51,555 nt of DNA from Planctomycetota bacterium (lineage in GTDB: Bacteria; Planctomycetota; Planctomycetia; Planctomycetales; Planctomycetaceae): contig JAYTWO010000074.1 in NCBI GenBank assembly GCA_043743415.1, positions 1 through 51,555 of the forward strand, in the 5' to 3' direction. The translations under genes were made by a program, and so were the position numbers. The notes beneath the pieces were generated by a model, which had not been told where the DNA came from, searched no databases, and worked only from the letters and a program-made list of their open reading frames with translations. This document shows positions 27,750 to 36,298 of this stretch, piece after piece; the stretch's first letter is position 1; every line of letters begins with the position of its first letter.

Positions 27750-28405
27750 CCTTGATCTCCGGGGGGAATCACCACTGACGAACGCACCCGAATCAGGCGC
27801 GGAGAATCAGCGGCGTGTTTCGTCCGTTAGGGTTTTATCGAGGTGTCCGGTCATTCCGCATGAGGGGGGCTGGCCCGCAGACGGTAACGGTCGGTTTCCG
27901 AGAGGTCAGGTGCGGCATGTCCCGAATGATCGACACGAGAAGTAGAACCGGCAATGTTTACCAGACTGATGCAGGCGATGTCGCTCCGCGACCGTAGGAT
28001 AGGCACTCCGGCGTCAGTCTTAGCCACATTTCTGTCTCATCGCGTCCGCACCTCGGACCATTCGGGTGAGCGTTTGGGATTCATCCGACTATTTGGGGAG
28101 TTGCCCCGTGAGCGGAGTGGTTTTTTAAGGCATGGCTCCGTAAATCCAGATGCCGTCAGGCATTTCGAAATCCCCCCCAATCGTCGGATGAACCGCAAAT
28201 CCACCCACTTCAAAACCCGAAAACCCCCTCGCGATCCCCCACAGGCAAAGGTAAAGTCAGTGCCATTGGGCTTGCGCCTGGCCGGTCACCAGTCGACTCA
28301 TCGTGTTCACAGCACTGGGGCGAAGCTCCGACTGAGTCGCCAGCCGGAGGACGCGTCAACTCAAGTATGCGGCTCGGCAGGAGTCTCGTCCTCCCGATTG
28401 AAGTG

Positions 28406-28437
28406 AACCCTACAATCCAGCATTGACGGGGCACTGG
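28406..28437 (+). repeat. Copy C of the recurring ~30-nt motif (AACCCTACAATCCAGCATTGACGGGGCACTGG)
   Basis: Lies about 75 nt beyond the 3' end of the minus-strand adaptor gene. Confidence 0.55.
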
Positions 28438-28468
28438 AGACGTACTCCCCGAGTCAAGTGGCCACACA

Positions 28469-28494
28469 GTAGAACGGAATGAATTCCGTTCTAC
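28469..28494 (-). terminator. Terminator-like hairpin after the HlyD-like gene
   Basis: GTAGAACGGAAT-GA-ATTCCGTTCTAC has 12-nt perfect arms and lies 15 nt past the stop at 28510. There is no U-tract. Confidence 0.45.
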
Positions 28495-28509
28495 GTCGTG
28501 ACGCCCAAC

Positions 28510-29640
28510 CTAAAAATTGCTGCCACCTGGGGCTGGCACGACGGGCTTGGGAGCAGTCGCGGGAGTGCCAGCGGCCTTCGGATCGCGACCGACCACGCGC
28601 GCTCCGTCGAGCAGTGTCTCCGAGGTCTTCACCACCAATTCATCGGTCGCTCCAAAGCGACCGCTCACGAACAAATGATCCGTTCCCATTTGCCCCAGGG
28701 CTTGGACCGGGATGTCGCGCACGAACCCCTCGCGGATCACCTGCACCTTGCGACCGCCCTGCTCGGCATTCACGAGAGCCGCAGTCGGCACTTCCGCGAC
28801 CGGCAACCTCGGGATCATGGCCGAGTACACAGTCTGCCCGGCCCGCCACTTGCCGCCCGGATTGTCCAGCAGAACGCGCCCCGTGGCCGGTGACAGAAAC
28901 AGATCGCGCAGCGGGTCGAACTGCGGTGACAGGGGCAGCACGGCGGCGAGCTTGGCGGGGACGTTCTGGTCCTCGATCTTGAGTTCAATCGACTCACCGG
29001 CCTTCTGGGTCTTGCCATCGATCGGGATTTCGACAACGAACTGGCTCGGGTCGATCACCGTGGCGAGCGGCTGTCCGGCATGGACGTATTCTCCCTCGAC
29101 GATCAGGACGGCGGTCACGAGCCCCTTGAGCGGCGAGCGGAGAATGGTCCGCGACTGGTCGAGTTCGGCGATCTTCAGATCGGACTCCGCCACCTCCACG
29201 CGGGCCTCCGCAGCGGGCTTGGCGGTGGCGGCTGCGAGGTCGGCTTTGGCCGCTTTCAGTGCCGCTTGGGCGCGGGCGAGTTTCAATTGAGTATCGCGGC
29301 CATCCAGTCGGATGACTTCCGCCTGCGGAGCCATCTCCTCTCCCACCTTCGCCAGGACCGTCGTGACGACCCCATCGACTGTGGCGGCCAGCGTGACCTG
29401 ACGGACAGGCTGCAACTTCAGGGGAACCTGATACTGGGCCGGGTCACGAAACAGAACCGGAGCCCGCTCGATCACCACCGATCGTCCCCCGGCGGAGGCG
29501 GGGGTCGTGGAGGCGGGGGTCGTGGTGGCGGGCGGCGACGATGGCGGAGCGGACTGAGCGAGCAGGGACTCGGCTCCGAACGCCAGAATCGCCAGTGACA
29601 AGACACAACCATTCGCAGAATGTAAGAGTGATTGCCGCAC
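28510..29640 (-). CDS. Efflux-pump periplasmic adaptor (HlyD/MFP family)
   Basis: Coiled-coil hairpin (QLKLARAQAALKAAKADLAAATAK...), barrel-sandwich segments and a beta-barrel. I chose the GTG at 29640, preceded by AAGGAGGAG. The track ORF begins at a TTG at 29706. Confidence 0.85.
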   Translation of the reverse strand: MRQSLLHSANGCVLSLAILAFGAESLLAQSAPPSSPPATTTPASTTPASAGGRSVVIERAPVLFRDPAQYQVPLKLQPVRQVTLAATVDGVVTTVLAKVGEEMAPQAEVIRLDGRDTQLKLARAQAALKAAKADLAAATAKPAAEARVEVAESDLKIAELDQSRTILRSPLKGLVTAVLIVEGEYVHAGQPLATVIDPSQFVVEIPIDGKTQKAGESIELKIEDQNVPAKLAAVLPLSPQFDPLRDLFLSPATGRVLLDNPGGKWRAGQTVYSAMIPRLPVAEVPTAALVNAEQGGRKVQVIREGFVRDIPVQALGQMGTDHLFVSGRFGATDELVVKTSETLLDGARVVGRDPKAAGTPATAPKPVVPAPGGSNF

Positions 29641-29739
29641 GATGATCTCTCCTCCTTCGTTCACATGCCGCCTCCACAAAGGCAGCCTCCCATGAGTCAG
29701 GGCCAATCAGAACGAGCTTACGCCGACTGAGCCAAGGCG

Positions 29740-30207
29740 TCAAACCGGCGGGGGCGGGGGCGAGACTCCGGAGACGGATGCCGCGGGGAGGTTCCCCGGT
29801 CCCGGAGTTGACTTGGGGATCGGCTTCGTGATCGAAATCGGCACCTTCACCGTTGAGGTCTGCCGCAGCCCCTCGGCCAGCAGACTCGCCAGATCCTCGG
29901 TACTGGCCCGGATCGAGATGACGGCCTGCGCGAAGTTCGTATGCGTCGAAGCCAACGGAGAGTCGATCGCAAACTTCTCCACAGCCCGCCGCAACTCCGG
30001 CAGCTTCTTATCGAGCATCTTGAAGTATTCGACCGGGTCTCCCACGCGCGGCTCAACCGCCCGCGAGAGATCAAACACCGCGCGGACGATCCCCATCAGT
30101 TCGGGAAAGTCCTCGACCTCGGTGGAGTGCTTCACAAACGTGCGAACCATCCACGCATGCGCGAGGACGATTTGGGAGCGGGCGACGAGGTCGATGGGAG
30201 TGGGCAT
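29740..30207 (-). CDS. Hypothetical protein (helical, Pro-rich C-terminus)
   Basis: In a co-directional gene string. I chose the ATG at 30207 (MPTPIDLVARS...). The start is uncertain. No motif recognised. Confidence 0.55.
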   Translation of the reverse strand: MPTPIDLVARSQIVLAHAWMVRTFVKHSTEVEDFPELMGIVRAVFDLSRAVEPRVGDPVEYFKMLDKKLPELRRAVEKFAIDSPLASTHTNFAQAVISIRASTEDLASLLAEGLRQTSTVKVPISITKPIPKSTPGPGNLPAASVSGVSPPPPPV

Positions 30208-30373
30208 GGGCTGGGAAGGATGACGGAGGGAGAGGGACGGATGAGAGTAGGGAGAGGGAGGGAGAGGACATGTCACGTGCGGGCCAACGGCTCAACCACT
30301 GTCGGGAGTGTCGCCTTTCGCTCCGCGAAAGGACGTGCTTTCGCGGAGCGAAACACGACACACGGAGAGGCCC

Positions 30374-31348
30374 TTATCCCTCAAGCTTGACCGACAGACC
30401 CCACTCGCGAATCGTCGCTCCTTCATTCAGGGGCGAGACCACCTCAATGTGCCATTGATCCGAATCGCGGCGCTGCATGATCTCCTGGCGAAGATTGAGG
30501 GCAGTCAGTTCAGTCGGAGCGAACGTCACGACTGCCGGGCCCCAGGACGATTGGACCAAACGCTGCCCGAGATCGGGCCACTGGCGGTCCAGTTCGCGCA
30601 CGCGGGGGTCGGCAAACACGCCGCCCTGTACGGGAGCGAAGTAGCTCCCGATCACTCGCCCATACTCAGCGACCGCAGCCCCGAAGGCGTGGCAGTCGCT
30701 GGCTTGCAGGGCGGGGAGGATCTCCATCAGTGTCAGTCGGCAGAGCCGATCCGTGTGCGCGGGGGCCATGGGAGCGAGGGCCTCAAACGCCGCCAGTTCC
30801 CGGGCTCCGTGGAGTCCCTGGGCGGAGTCGCGAGGCCGCAGGATCACCACTCGCCACGCGTCGGGGATCGGCAACCGCACCGCCAATTCGCCGAGCGTGC
30901 CCCGTCCCGCCTGACCGGCATCGACGAGAAAGCCACCCTGGGCAAACCCGTGCAGACCGATCGCCGACCGGCCACCTCGCCCGCAGTGTGGGGCGATCTC
31001 CGTGACTGTCGGCCAGGGAGCGGGCTCGCGTCGGGCCAGGACCGAAGCTACGGCCAAGCTCAGTTGTGTCCCGGTCCCGAACCCGGCATGCTCGACCGGC
31101 GGTCTGTCGAACTCCCAGGACAATGGACTCCCCGTGGGCCACACCGCCCGCAATTTCTGGATTCGCTCACTCGTCTCCGGCGGACAACCGACATAGCGCT
31201 CGACCGCATGCTCGACCACATGGAACGCAATTGCCGGTTCGGCCACCATCATTCCGATGCCGCCAAAGCAGCGACCGGCCAAGGCCCCACTGGCCAGCGG
31301 GCCAAAGTGCAGACGGGCTCCGGTACGGACTTCGAACGAACGCGGCAT
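30374..31348 (-). CDS. GHMP-kinase-fold protein, beta-ribofuranosylaminobenzene 5'-phosphate (beta-RFAP) synthase-like
   Basis: N-terminal TGARLHFGPL and the GHMP motif-II-like HAGFGTGTQLSLAVASVLA resemble beta-RFAP synthases as I recall them. It starts 8 nt after the upstream gene's stop. Confidence 0.6.
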   Translation of the reverse strand: MPRSFEVRTGARLHFGPLASGALAGRCFGGIGMMVAEPAIAFHVVEHAVERYVGCPPETSERIQKLRAVWPTGSPLSWEFDRPPVEHAGFGTGTQLSLAVASVLARREPAPWPTVTEIAPHCGRGGRSAIGLHGFAQGGFLVDAGQAGRGTLGELAVRLPIPDAWRVVILRPRDSAQGLHGARELAAFEALAPMAPAHTDRLCRLTLMEILPALQASDCHAFGAAVAEYGRVIGSYFAPVQGGVFADPRVRELDRQWPDLGQRLVQSSWGPAVVTFAPTELTALNLRQEIMQRRDSDQWHIEVVSPLNEGATIREWGLSVKLEG

Positions 31349-31356
31349 GCCGGGGA

Positions 31357-33063
31357 CTACTCCTGGGGTACGGCAACGGGTGGTGGCGGCGGTGTCAGCG
31401 CCTTCGTCTGCCGCAGGTGTTGACCCAACGCCAACCGCTGGCGGATGGTATCCGAGCGGATCACGATCCCGTCGGTGTCGATCGAGTCGACCACGAACTC
31501 CATCTCCGACGCCTTCACCGTATCGCCCACGTGGACTTCAATCTTGGTGTTCGCCAACCGATCGAACAGCCAGGCGATCCGGCTATCTCCCTTGTCGACG
31601 GCGGCCACCAAATAGGTGAACTGCGCGTGATCATCGTCCACCTGCCCTCGGATATCCAGCGTGGCCACCAAGCCCGGCGACCCGTTGTCGGTAGCGGTGA
31701 CCTGGAAGGCCAGGGGAGCCGCTTCGACGGTCTCGTCGGGGGTCCAACTGAGGGTGCCCCGACTCGAGTCGATCGTCATGCCCGCTGGCACCTGACCGGC
31801 CAGAGCGAACGTCAACCGCGTGCCGGGGTCTTCGTCCTTCGCGACGATGGGAAAGGTCAGCGGCTGGCCGACGAAGGCTCGCAAGGGAGTCGTGACCGGA
31901 TCGAACTTGGGCGGGCGGTTCTTCTCGCGCAGAGCCATGCGGATGTTGGTTTCGACCTTGGCGACTCCCCCGGCTCGGGCGATCACCTTGACGGTGTAAT
32001 CTTTCGCTTCGGCCTCAGCGGGGACGATCCACTCCAGCTTCCCTGTCGGAGTGATCTTCAGTCCGGCAGGCGGCTGGATGAGTTCAAACGCAGGCGCGGG
32101 CCAGGTCGGATTCCAGCCGACGACCTTCAGTTCGGCAGGCCACGGTTCACCGCGTGTCAGTGGGGGGACAGAGTCCGAGGCCAGCTTCGGCTTGTACTCC
32201 AGCAGGGGAGCGGGCTTCACGAACCCGGATCGCTCCAGCAGTTGTTTGTAGCTGGCGAGCCCCGCTTCACGGCCTGGCTCGGGGGCGCGGAACGGGGCGA
32301 ACTCCACGCTGCTGTTCCCCGGATGAGCGGCGGGGTTCGTGCCATCCACACCGCGGGTCAGGGTCCAACTCTTCCCGGTCACCGCCGTGACTGTGGCGAA
32401 CTCCCCACCGATGCGAACGCGGAACGGCGGCTGGGTGAGCAACCCCGCACTATCGGCAACTTGGATCGTGGTGGCTTTCTCGTCCACCGCCGAGGCCAGT
32501 TCCGTCTCAGGATATAACCGGGTACGTGTCTCCGCTGCCGAGAGTGCGATCCCCTCCAGAGTGATCTTGACCGTAAACTCCGGATCCCCGTCAGCGGACG
32601 GACTGACCAGTTCCAACGACGCCACCCGCTGCAACAGATCGGCCCGCTCGAAGTGCCACAGAAACGTGGCGACCTCCTGCCAGCGGGCCTTTGCGGTCAG
32701 CGACACGGGCACGCGCACACCGATCTTGCCGAGCTGGGTGCGGGCGTCGAGACTCTTGTTCGGGGTGATCGCCTTCCAGTGGCTCAGCTCCGCCAGTTCC
32801 TGCACCCACTTCAGGTACACGCGCTGCGCATCCTCCGGACGGGGGGGCAGGCTGTCGTGGACGGAATCGCGGACCAGCTTCTGCGACTTGATCAGCCCCT
32901 TCCAGTCCGTCCGGGTCTCGCGGGCATCCTCCTGGGCTTGCACCAGTTGGGCGTCCTTGAGCTTCAGCGGCTCCCCGATCTGGCTGTCATACACACTCAT
33001 TCCGCCCCACAACAGGACAGCTGATCCCAAGCCACCGGCCAGGTATTTTTCGCGACGTTCCAT
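31357..33063 (-). CDS. PilO/GspM-like membrane protein fused to Ig/cadherin-like periplasmic domains
   Basis: N-terminal TM, coiled coil and a ferredoxin-like segment (WQEVATFLWHFERADLLQRVASLELV). The C-terminal half has cadherin-like 'putative Ig' repeats (VAKDEDPGTRLTFALAGQVPAGMTIDSSRGTLSWTP). Confidence 0.65.
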   Translation of the reverse strand: MERREKYLAGGLGSAVLLWGGMSVYDSQIGEPLKLKDAQLVQAQEDARETRTDWKGLIKSQKLVRDSVHDSLPPRPEDAQRVYLKWVQELAELSHWKAITPNKSLDARTQLGKIGVRVPVSLTAKARWQEVATFLWHFERADLLQRVASLELVSPSADGDPEFTVKITLEGIALSAAETRTRLYPETELASAVDEKATTIQVADSAGLLTQPPFRVRIGGEFATVTAVTGKSWTLTRGVDGTNPAAHPGNSSVEFAPFRAPEPGREAGLASYKQLLERSGFVKPAPLLEYKPKLASDSVPPLTRGEPWPAELKVVGWNPTWPAPAFELIQPPAGLKITPTGKLEWIVPAEAEAKDYTVKVIARAGGVAKVETNIRMALREKNRPPKFDPVTTPLRAFVGQPLTFPIVAKDEDPGTRLTFALAGQVPAGMTIDSSRGTLSWTPDETVEAAPLAFQVTATDNGSPGLVATLDIRGQVDDDHAQFTYLVAAVDKGDSRIAWLFDRLANTKIEVHVGDTVKASEMEFVVDSIDTDGIVIRSDTIRQRLALGQHLRQTKALTPPPPPVAVPQE

Positions 33064-33077
33064 GCGATGTCTCCTGT

Positions 33078-34622
33078 TCAGCTGGGGTTGGTGGTGGAGG
33101 ATGAGGCGGGTGCTGTGGCCGTGGCGGGCTTCTCAGCCGTAGGCTTCTCTTCTGTGGGCCGAGGCAGTTCGGCCTCGACAGTGAACTGCCACGGGTAGTC
33201 GGGGTCTTTTTTAGTCTCCTGCGGAGTGGTCGGCTTGACGGTCCAACCGGCGTCGGCGAGTTTTTGCATGAGGTCGTTGGAGTCGTCCCGGTTCCTCGCG
33301 CGCGCGGTGCCCGTCACCTTCAGCAGCTTGGCGCCGGTACTCGGGAGCGACTTGAGGTCGGTCAAGTACAGCCGGTCGGTCCCCGGCAACAGTTGGTGAA
33401 ATTGGTCGAGGACGGCCAACTGGTCCTGGTCCGCTTCGCCCCAAGTGGAGAGGAGTTTTGCCGCCGCCAGATCCCCTGCCCCATTGGTGATGTCGGCCTT
33501 CTGGTCGTTGATCTCGGTGATGAGGGTTTCGATGTCTTCGTTCATGCTCGCCATCTGCGAACTGAAGTTCCACCACGTTCCCCCGATGAGCAGCGTGGCC
33601 GCTGCTCCGCCCGCGACGAGATAGCGTTTCGAATTGTCGGGCTTCTCGGCAGGCTTACGCGGGTTGACGAGATCCACACGTGGGATGATCCCCGCCTCCC
33701 CGGCCAGCCCGCGTGCTAACAGCGCCACAAACGAGAGCCGGTTCCTGGACGGGATCGGCGTATCGAACCGGTCGAAGTCGAGCGGATGCACCTTGGCCCC
33801 GAATCGCTCGTGCAGGGCTTTCACAACCGCCTCGTCCGCCTCCTCGTCCTCGACGAGGTACACCTGATCGACTTCGACCCCCGGATGCGATTGACCCAGC
33901 GAGATCAGGCAGCGGTTAATCTCCATTTGCAGCGGCGACACATGCCGTGCCGCGTCCCCCTCCGGCAGCCAGACCGCATGTGTGGCGATCAGTCGACGCT
34001 GGTCGAGGATCGAGATCTCGACCCGGTCGCCCGATTGCGCCACGATCAGCGTCGGCACATCCGGCGTCCCGACTCGCTCTTCCTCACGCGCCACCAGTTC
34101 GGCAATCAGGAACGGACTCACCTCCAGCCCGACCAATTCCAACTTGGCTCGGGCCAGCAGATCCCGCATCCGCTGCACACGGGCGGAATCGAGTGTGACC
34201 GCAATCACCGCCTGGCCGTCATCTTGCGATCCAAGTGGTACGAAATCGACCGCGATCGCTGTCGTGGGAGTCGAGGACTTAGCAGCTGACTGAAAGCTCA
34301 CCAGCGCGGGCAACTCGTCCGCCGGAACATTCGGCAATTGGAGTTGCCGGACCACCACCGTCTCGCGCGGCACGACCACCACGCAGGCGGCATTGTGGCC
34401 CAGAGCGGTCGTCTTTTCGGCCAGCTCCTTGGCAATGTCAGCAGCTGCGCGTTCGGGCGTGCGGTCCTGGGTGAAGAGAACAGAGAAGGTGTGGGAGAGC
34501 GCGACCTTACCGCCGTCGATACGGACCGCTGCCCCGACCAACCCTTCGGTCGACCACTCGATCCCCCAGAACTGCCGCAACTCAGTCTTGGTCGGTTGCC
34601 AGAACTTTCGCCAATCCAACAC
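33078..34622 (-). CDS. PilM-like (actin-fold) / PilN-like fusion protein
   Basis: GTG start preceded by GAGGGAG. About 330 aa PilM-like (GIEWSTEGLVGAAVR..., ELPALVSFQSAAK), then TM YLVAGGAAATLLIGGTWW, a coiled coil and a PilN-like domain. Pro/Thr-rich tail. Confidence 0.7.
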   Translation of the reverse strand: MLDWRKFWQPTKTELRQFWGIEWSTEGLVGAAVRIDGGKVALSHTFSVLFTQDRTPERAAADIAKELAEKTTALGHNAACVVVVPRETVVVRQLQLPNVPADELPALVSFQSAAKSSTPTTAIAVDFVPLGSQDDGQAVIAVTLDSARVQRMRDLLARAKLELVGLEVSPFLIAELVAREEERVGTPDVPTLIVAQSGDRVEISILDQRRLIATHAVWLPEGDAARHVSPLQMEINRCLISLGQSHPGVEVDQVYLVEDEEADEAVVKALHERFGAKVHPLDFDRFDTPIPSRNRLSFVALLARGLAGEAGIIPRVDLVNPRKPAEKPDNSKRYLVAGGAAATLLIGGTWWNFSSQMASMNEDIETLITEINDQKADITNGAGDLAAAKLLSTWGEADQDQLAVLDQFHQLLPGTDRLYLTDLKSLPSTGAKLLKVTGTARARNRDDSNDLMQKLADAGWTVKPTTPQETKKDPDYPWQFTVEAELPRPTEEKPTAEKPATATAPASSSTTNPS

Positions 34623-34783
34623 TCGTCACTCCCTCGCCCCGCTGTACGGGGCCACAACACGGGCTTGTCACCGATCATCCGCGACTGGTTCAACTTACGT
34701 CGCCAGCGGAGATGTCACAAGAGGGATACGGGGAACCGGGGGAGAAATCGCCCGCTGAGAGCCTTGTCTGGAGGGGGATTCCG

Positions 34784-36298
34784 TCAAAAGTCGGCGGCGA
34801 GGTTGCTTCGCGACTCGCATTCTGCGCGGGGCACGGACACGTCGGACACGTGCCCCACACGGCCCCAGACCCCAGCCACGAACAGGACCGCCACTGGCAC
34901 CAGTTGCATCAGATACCGCGAACTCGACCCGCCGAGGTGCTCCTCCAGTTCGGCAGGTGCCAACATCCCGGCCACGACGAACGCCGCCAGCGCTCCCAGC
35001 AGATTGAGCAATAGAAACAGTTGTGGTCCCGCAACACTCCGACGTGGAGCGGTGACCAGCGCCAGCAGCACCAGCCACCACGGCAGGCCCCATGTCCGCC
35101 ACTCCCCGAACATGCGGTGCAGCAGATGCGGGATCGACCACCGCAGCGTCGACAGCCGCTCGATCAATCGCCCGGCATCCAGACGCTCGTAATAGTGCAT
35201 CTCCGTCGTGGTGGGGAGTGTCCGCTGGTGGAGCGTCCACGGGGTGAGTAACACGGCGGCGATGAGGGCGAACGCGACCATCGCGACCAGATGGCGACCG
35301 ACGCTGCGGAGCCTTCCCTCCCCCGCTGGAACATCACCCAGGCGACCTCCCCCGAGTAACAGAGCCAGCCCCCAAGAGAGCAGATCGACCAGCAGGAAGG
35401 CCTTCCCTTCGTCCTTGACAAACACGGCACTGGCGGCGATCGATGCGGCAAGGAACAAGCTGCGACGGCGCGATCCGCCGGGGGGAGCTTGAAAGCAGTC
35501 CCACAGCAGCAACACCGCGACCCCGTGGAAACAGGCCATCGGTGCGTCTCCCTGGGCCGAGAGGAACCCGTAGTCGTCTGGCAGCAGCACCGGCACCGTG
35601 GCCAGGAGTGTGGCCATTAGCCACCCCTCATCGGGCGAATGCCGTCGAGACAACACCCCCGCAAAGCTGAGGACCAGCCCGGCGTACATCAGCGGGAACC
35701 AGACCTTGGCCCAGCGGTCTTGGACCTCGCCACACAGGGCGTAGACGTGCCGCTCCAGCAGCGGAATCAGCAGCGGATAGCTCGGGTGATACTGCACGAA
35801 GTCGGGGTGCCGCAGCTCGGGAGCGTCGATGGTTCCGGCCTCGAAGAGGACGCGGGCCTTGATGGCGAAGATGGCCCGCTCGTCCCAGAAACGCTGCGGG
35901 GTGAGCAGGGTCTGCACGAAGGCCAACGTGATCATCACTCCGATCCCGATCTGGCAGGCTCGGGCCAGCGCTCCCGGGGCGTGAGGAGACGAGAGGGCCG
36001 GTGCCAGGTCGCGAGGGGCGGAGCGTCGCTGCACGATGATCGTCACCATCCCCGCAACGAGGCCCAGCGCAGCCTGCCCCCAGGAAAATCTCGCATTGAG
36101 CGGGCCTCCCAGATCGGACCACACGAACGCCGCCGCCGCCGTGAAGGCCATCCCCAGCAGGATCGACAGACCCCACACCTCGGCCCGAGGGCGCGCCGTG
36201 TGGCCCACGCGGAGGACACGTTCCAGGAATGAGAGCAGTGCCCGACCCGCCAGTGTCGCCCCCGCAACCGCGATGATCGCCGCGAAGAAGCCCATCAT
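34784..36298 (-). CDS. Polytopic membrane protein, GT-C-like glycosyltransferase candidate
   Basis: 504 aa with at least 10 hydrophobic helices. Its ATG overlaps the upstream gene's stop by 4 nt (ATGA). The function is inferred from topology only. Confidence 0.65.
   Translation of the reverse strand: MMGFFAAIIAVAGATLAGRALLSFLERVLRVGHTARPRAEVWGLSILLGMAFTAAAAFVWSDLGGPLNARFSWGQAALGLVAGMVTIIVQRRSAPRDLAPALSSPHAPGALARACQIGIGVMITLAFVQTLLTPQRFWDERAIFAIKARVLFEAGTIDAPELRHPDFVQYHPSYPLLIPLLERHVYALCGEVQDRWAKVWFPLMYAGLVLSFAGVLSRRHSPDEGWLMATLLATVPVLLPDDYGFLSAQGDAPMACFHGVAVLLLWDCFQAPPGGSRRRSLFLAASIAASAVFVKDEGKAFLLVDLLSWGLALLLGGGRLGDVPAGEGRLRSVGRHLVAMVAFALIAAVLLTPWTLHQRTLPTTTEMHYYERLDAGRLIERLSTLRWSIPHLLHRMFGEWRTWGLPWWLVLLALVTAPRRSVAGPQLFLLLNLLGALAAFVVAGMLAPAELEEHLGGSSSRYLMQLVPVAVLFVAGVWGRVGHVSDVSVPRAECESRSNLAADF

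Noticed and set aside
27850-28000. GGGGGGCUGG... and GGUCAGGUGCGG segments reminiscent of a tmRNA 5' end or the SRP RNA core.
   Set aside because: The matches are only 6-8 nt. There is no tag reading frame, no CCA-proximal tRNA-like domain and no SRP GGAA/AGCA symmetric loop context.
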